Below the pieces are notes generated by a model. It was not told the origin of the DNA and made no database searches. It saw nothing but the letters and a program-made list of their open reading frames with translations. 64,000 nucleotides of DNA, from NCBI GenBank assembly GCA_964016885.1, contig OZ024743.1:1860001-1924000 (forward strand), read 5' to 3'. Source of the stretch: Eledone cirrhosa. Lineage: Eukaryota. Below, one piece after another: positions 62,896 through 64,000 of this stretch. Numbering within the stretch: position 1 is the first letter of the stretch; each line of letters opens with the position of its first letter. The translations under genes and the position numbers were made by a program.

Positions 62896-63501
62896 ATGGT
62901 GGTTGCCAACACTTTTTCGAGTACGGCCCCTACTTTATATCCATGTAGGAGAACCCCTACCGATGGGCTGAACGAGTGTGACGTTTTAGTCCAGCCAGTG
63001 ACTTGAAAACTCTGGTACAAACACTACACTTGTGACAATTATTGACAGTGCTGGGCCAATCGTACCATGTGACGACGAGTGCAGAGAGATCTCCAGATAT
63101 AAAGCAATGCCTGTGCTGTGAAGCTTTTATAGTGAGCAAAGGCACTGCACAAAGCCAGTCCCACTCTCTTAACCAAGATGATATTTACCAAAAAGCAAAA
63201 CAAGTCAACATCATTGGATACCATCAGGGTTGCAGGTGTTATATCAGAGTTTTCCTTCTCCTAGAATTCTGCCTCGACACAGGCTAAGGGGTCATCTCTC
63301 CCGGTGATTTTGGATGGCCATTGACTCTTAAGAGCTCCTTTGCCCTTTGACAGGTTTTGTTTTTAGTCCTGCAGGATGTCCAAAGTCACCCTCCTCACCA
63401 AGAAACCTTAGTGGGGTTGCCAGTTTAGTCGCCAACGACCCGACCAGGAGACAGGTTGTACTGGGATACATGTTACCAGTAGCACCAACTGGTGACCTGA
63501 C
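62896..63501 (-). mobile_element. RTE-derived non-autonomous element, full length
   Basis: Slightly more diverged copy of 13303-13912 with the same 5' end. Confidence 0.85.
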
Positions 63502-63545
63502 ATAATATATATGTATGTACATATATATATATACACACACACACA

Positions 63546-63985
63546 AGTGAGATGCGCGACGCTGCATGGTAGTGAGACATGGACAGCAACTGCAGAGAAT
63601 ATGCGATGGCTGGAGAGAAAGGAAGCAAGCCTGCTCCGTTGGATGTGCAATGTCAATGTGCGGGAACGACCAAGCATAGACGAGTTGAGAGAGAAACTGT
63701 GTTTAAGAGGGATAAGTTGTGGTGTGCAAGAGAGGACTGAGATGGTATGGACATGTGATGCGCATGGAGGTTGAGCGCTGGGTAAAGAAGGGAGACGCAG
63801 TAGAGGAAGACCACGAAAAACATGGGTGGAGGTGGTGAGAGCCGACTTCAGATCGCTGAAACTCACCAAGGAGATGACGAAGGACCGTGACAAGTGAAGA
63901 GATGCTTTGCTCAAGAGGACCTGTCCCACCCTTTCAAGCAGGGAAAAGCGGACGTAAAATGATGAACAGACGATGATAATGATGC
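63546..63985 (+). mobile_element. RTE LINE 3' end
   Basis: VRCATLHGSETW..LERKEASLLRWMCNV..LREKL, RGRPRKTW.EVVRAD, and a ggacgtaaaatgatga..gatgat tail. Confidence 0.85.
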
Positions 63986-64000
63986 TCTCTATATATCTAT

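Overview
Gene-free, repeat-dominated animal genomic DNA, probably cephalopod/octopus (inferred from the SINE and LINE families, not proven). It contains many tRNA-headed SINEs, dead LINE fragments (CR1-like, RTE, R4/Dong, L1/Tx1), several Helitron remnants, a Tc1/mariner-type element and microsatellites. A 41-bp satellite ends just before a 200-N gap. After the gap comes ~6 kb of (CCCTAA)n that grades into variant repeats and a subtelomere with a ~4.4-5.2 kb tandem duplication, so a real chromosome end appears to sit inside the scaffold. The main find is a 104-nt minus-strand RNA motif in two diverged tandem-repeat elements (8634-8737, and three copies at a 458-bp period in 61557-62576). It has all hammerhead ribozyme core nucleotides in a non-circularly permuted strand order, supported by six helices and a single stem II base pair, most of which covary between the elements. 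Penelope-type minimal hammerheads in long palindromes are also present. No intact protein-coding gene was recognised. All alignments and pairings were made by eye.
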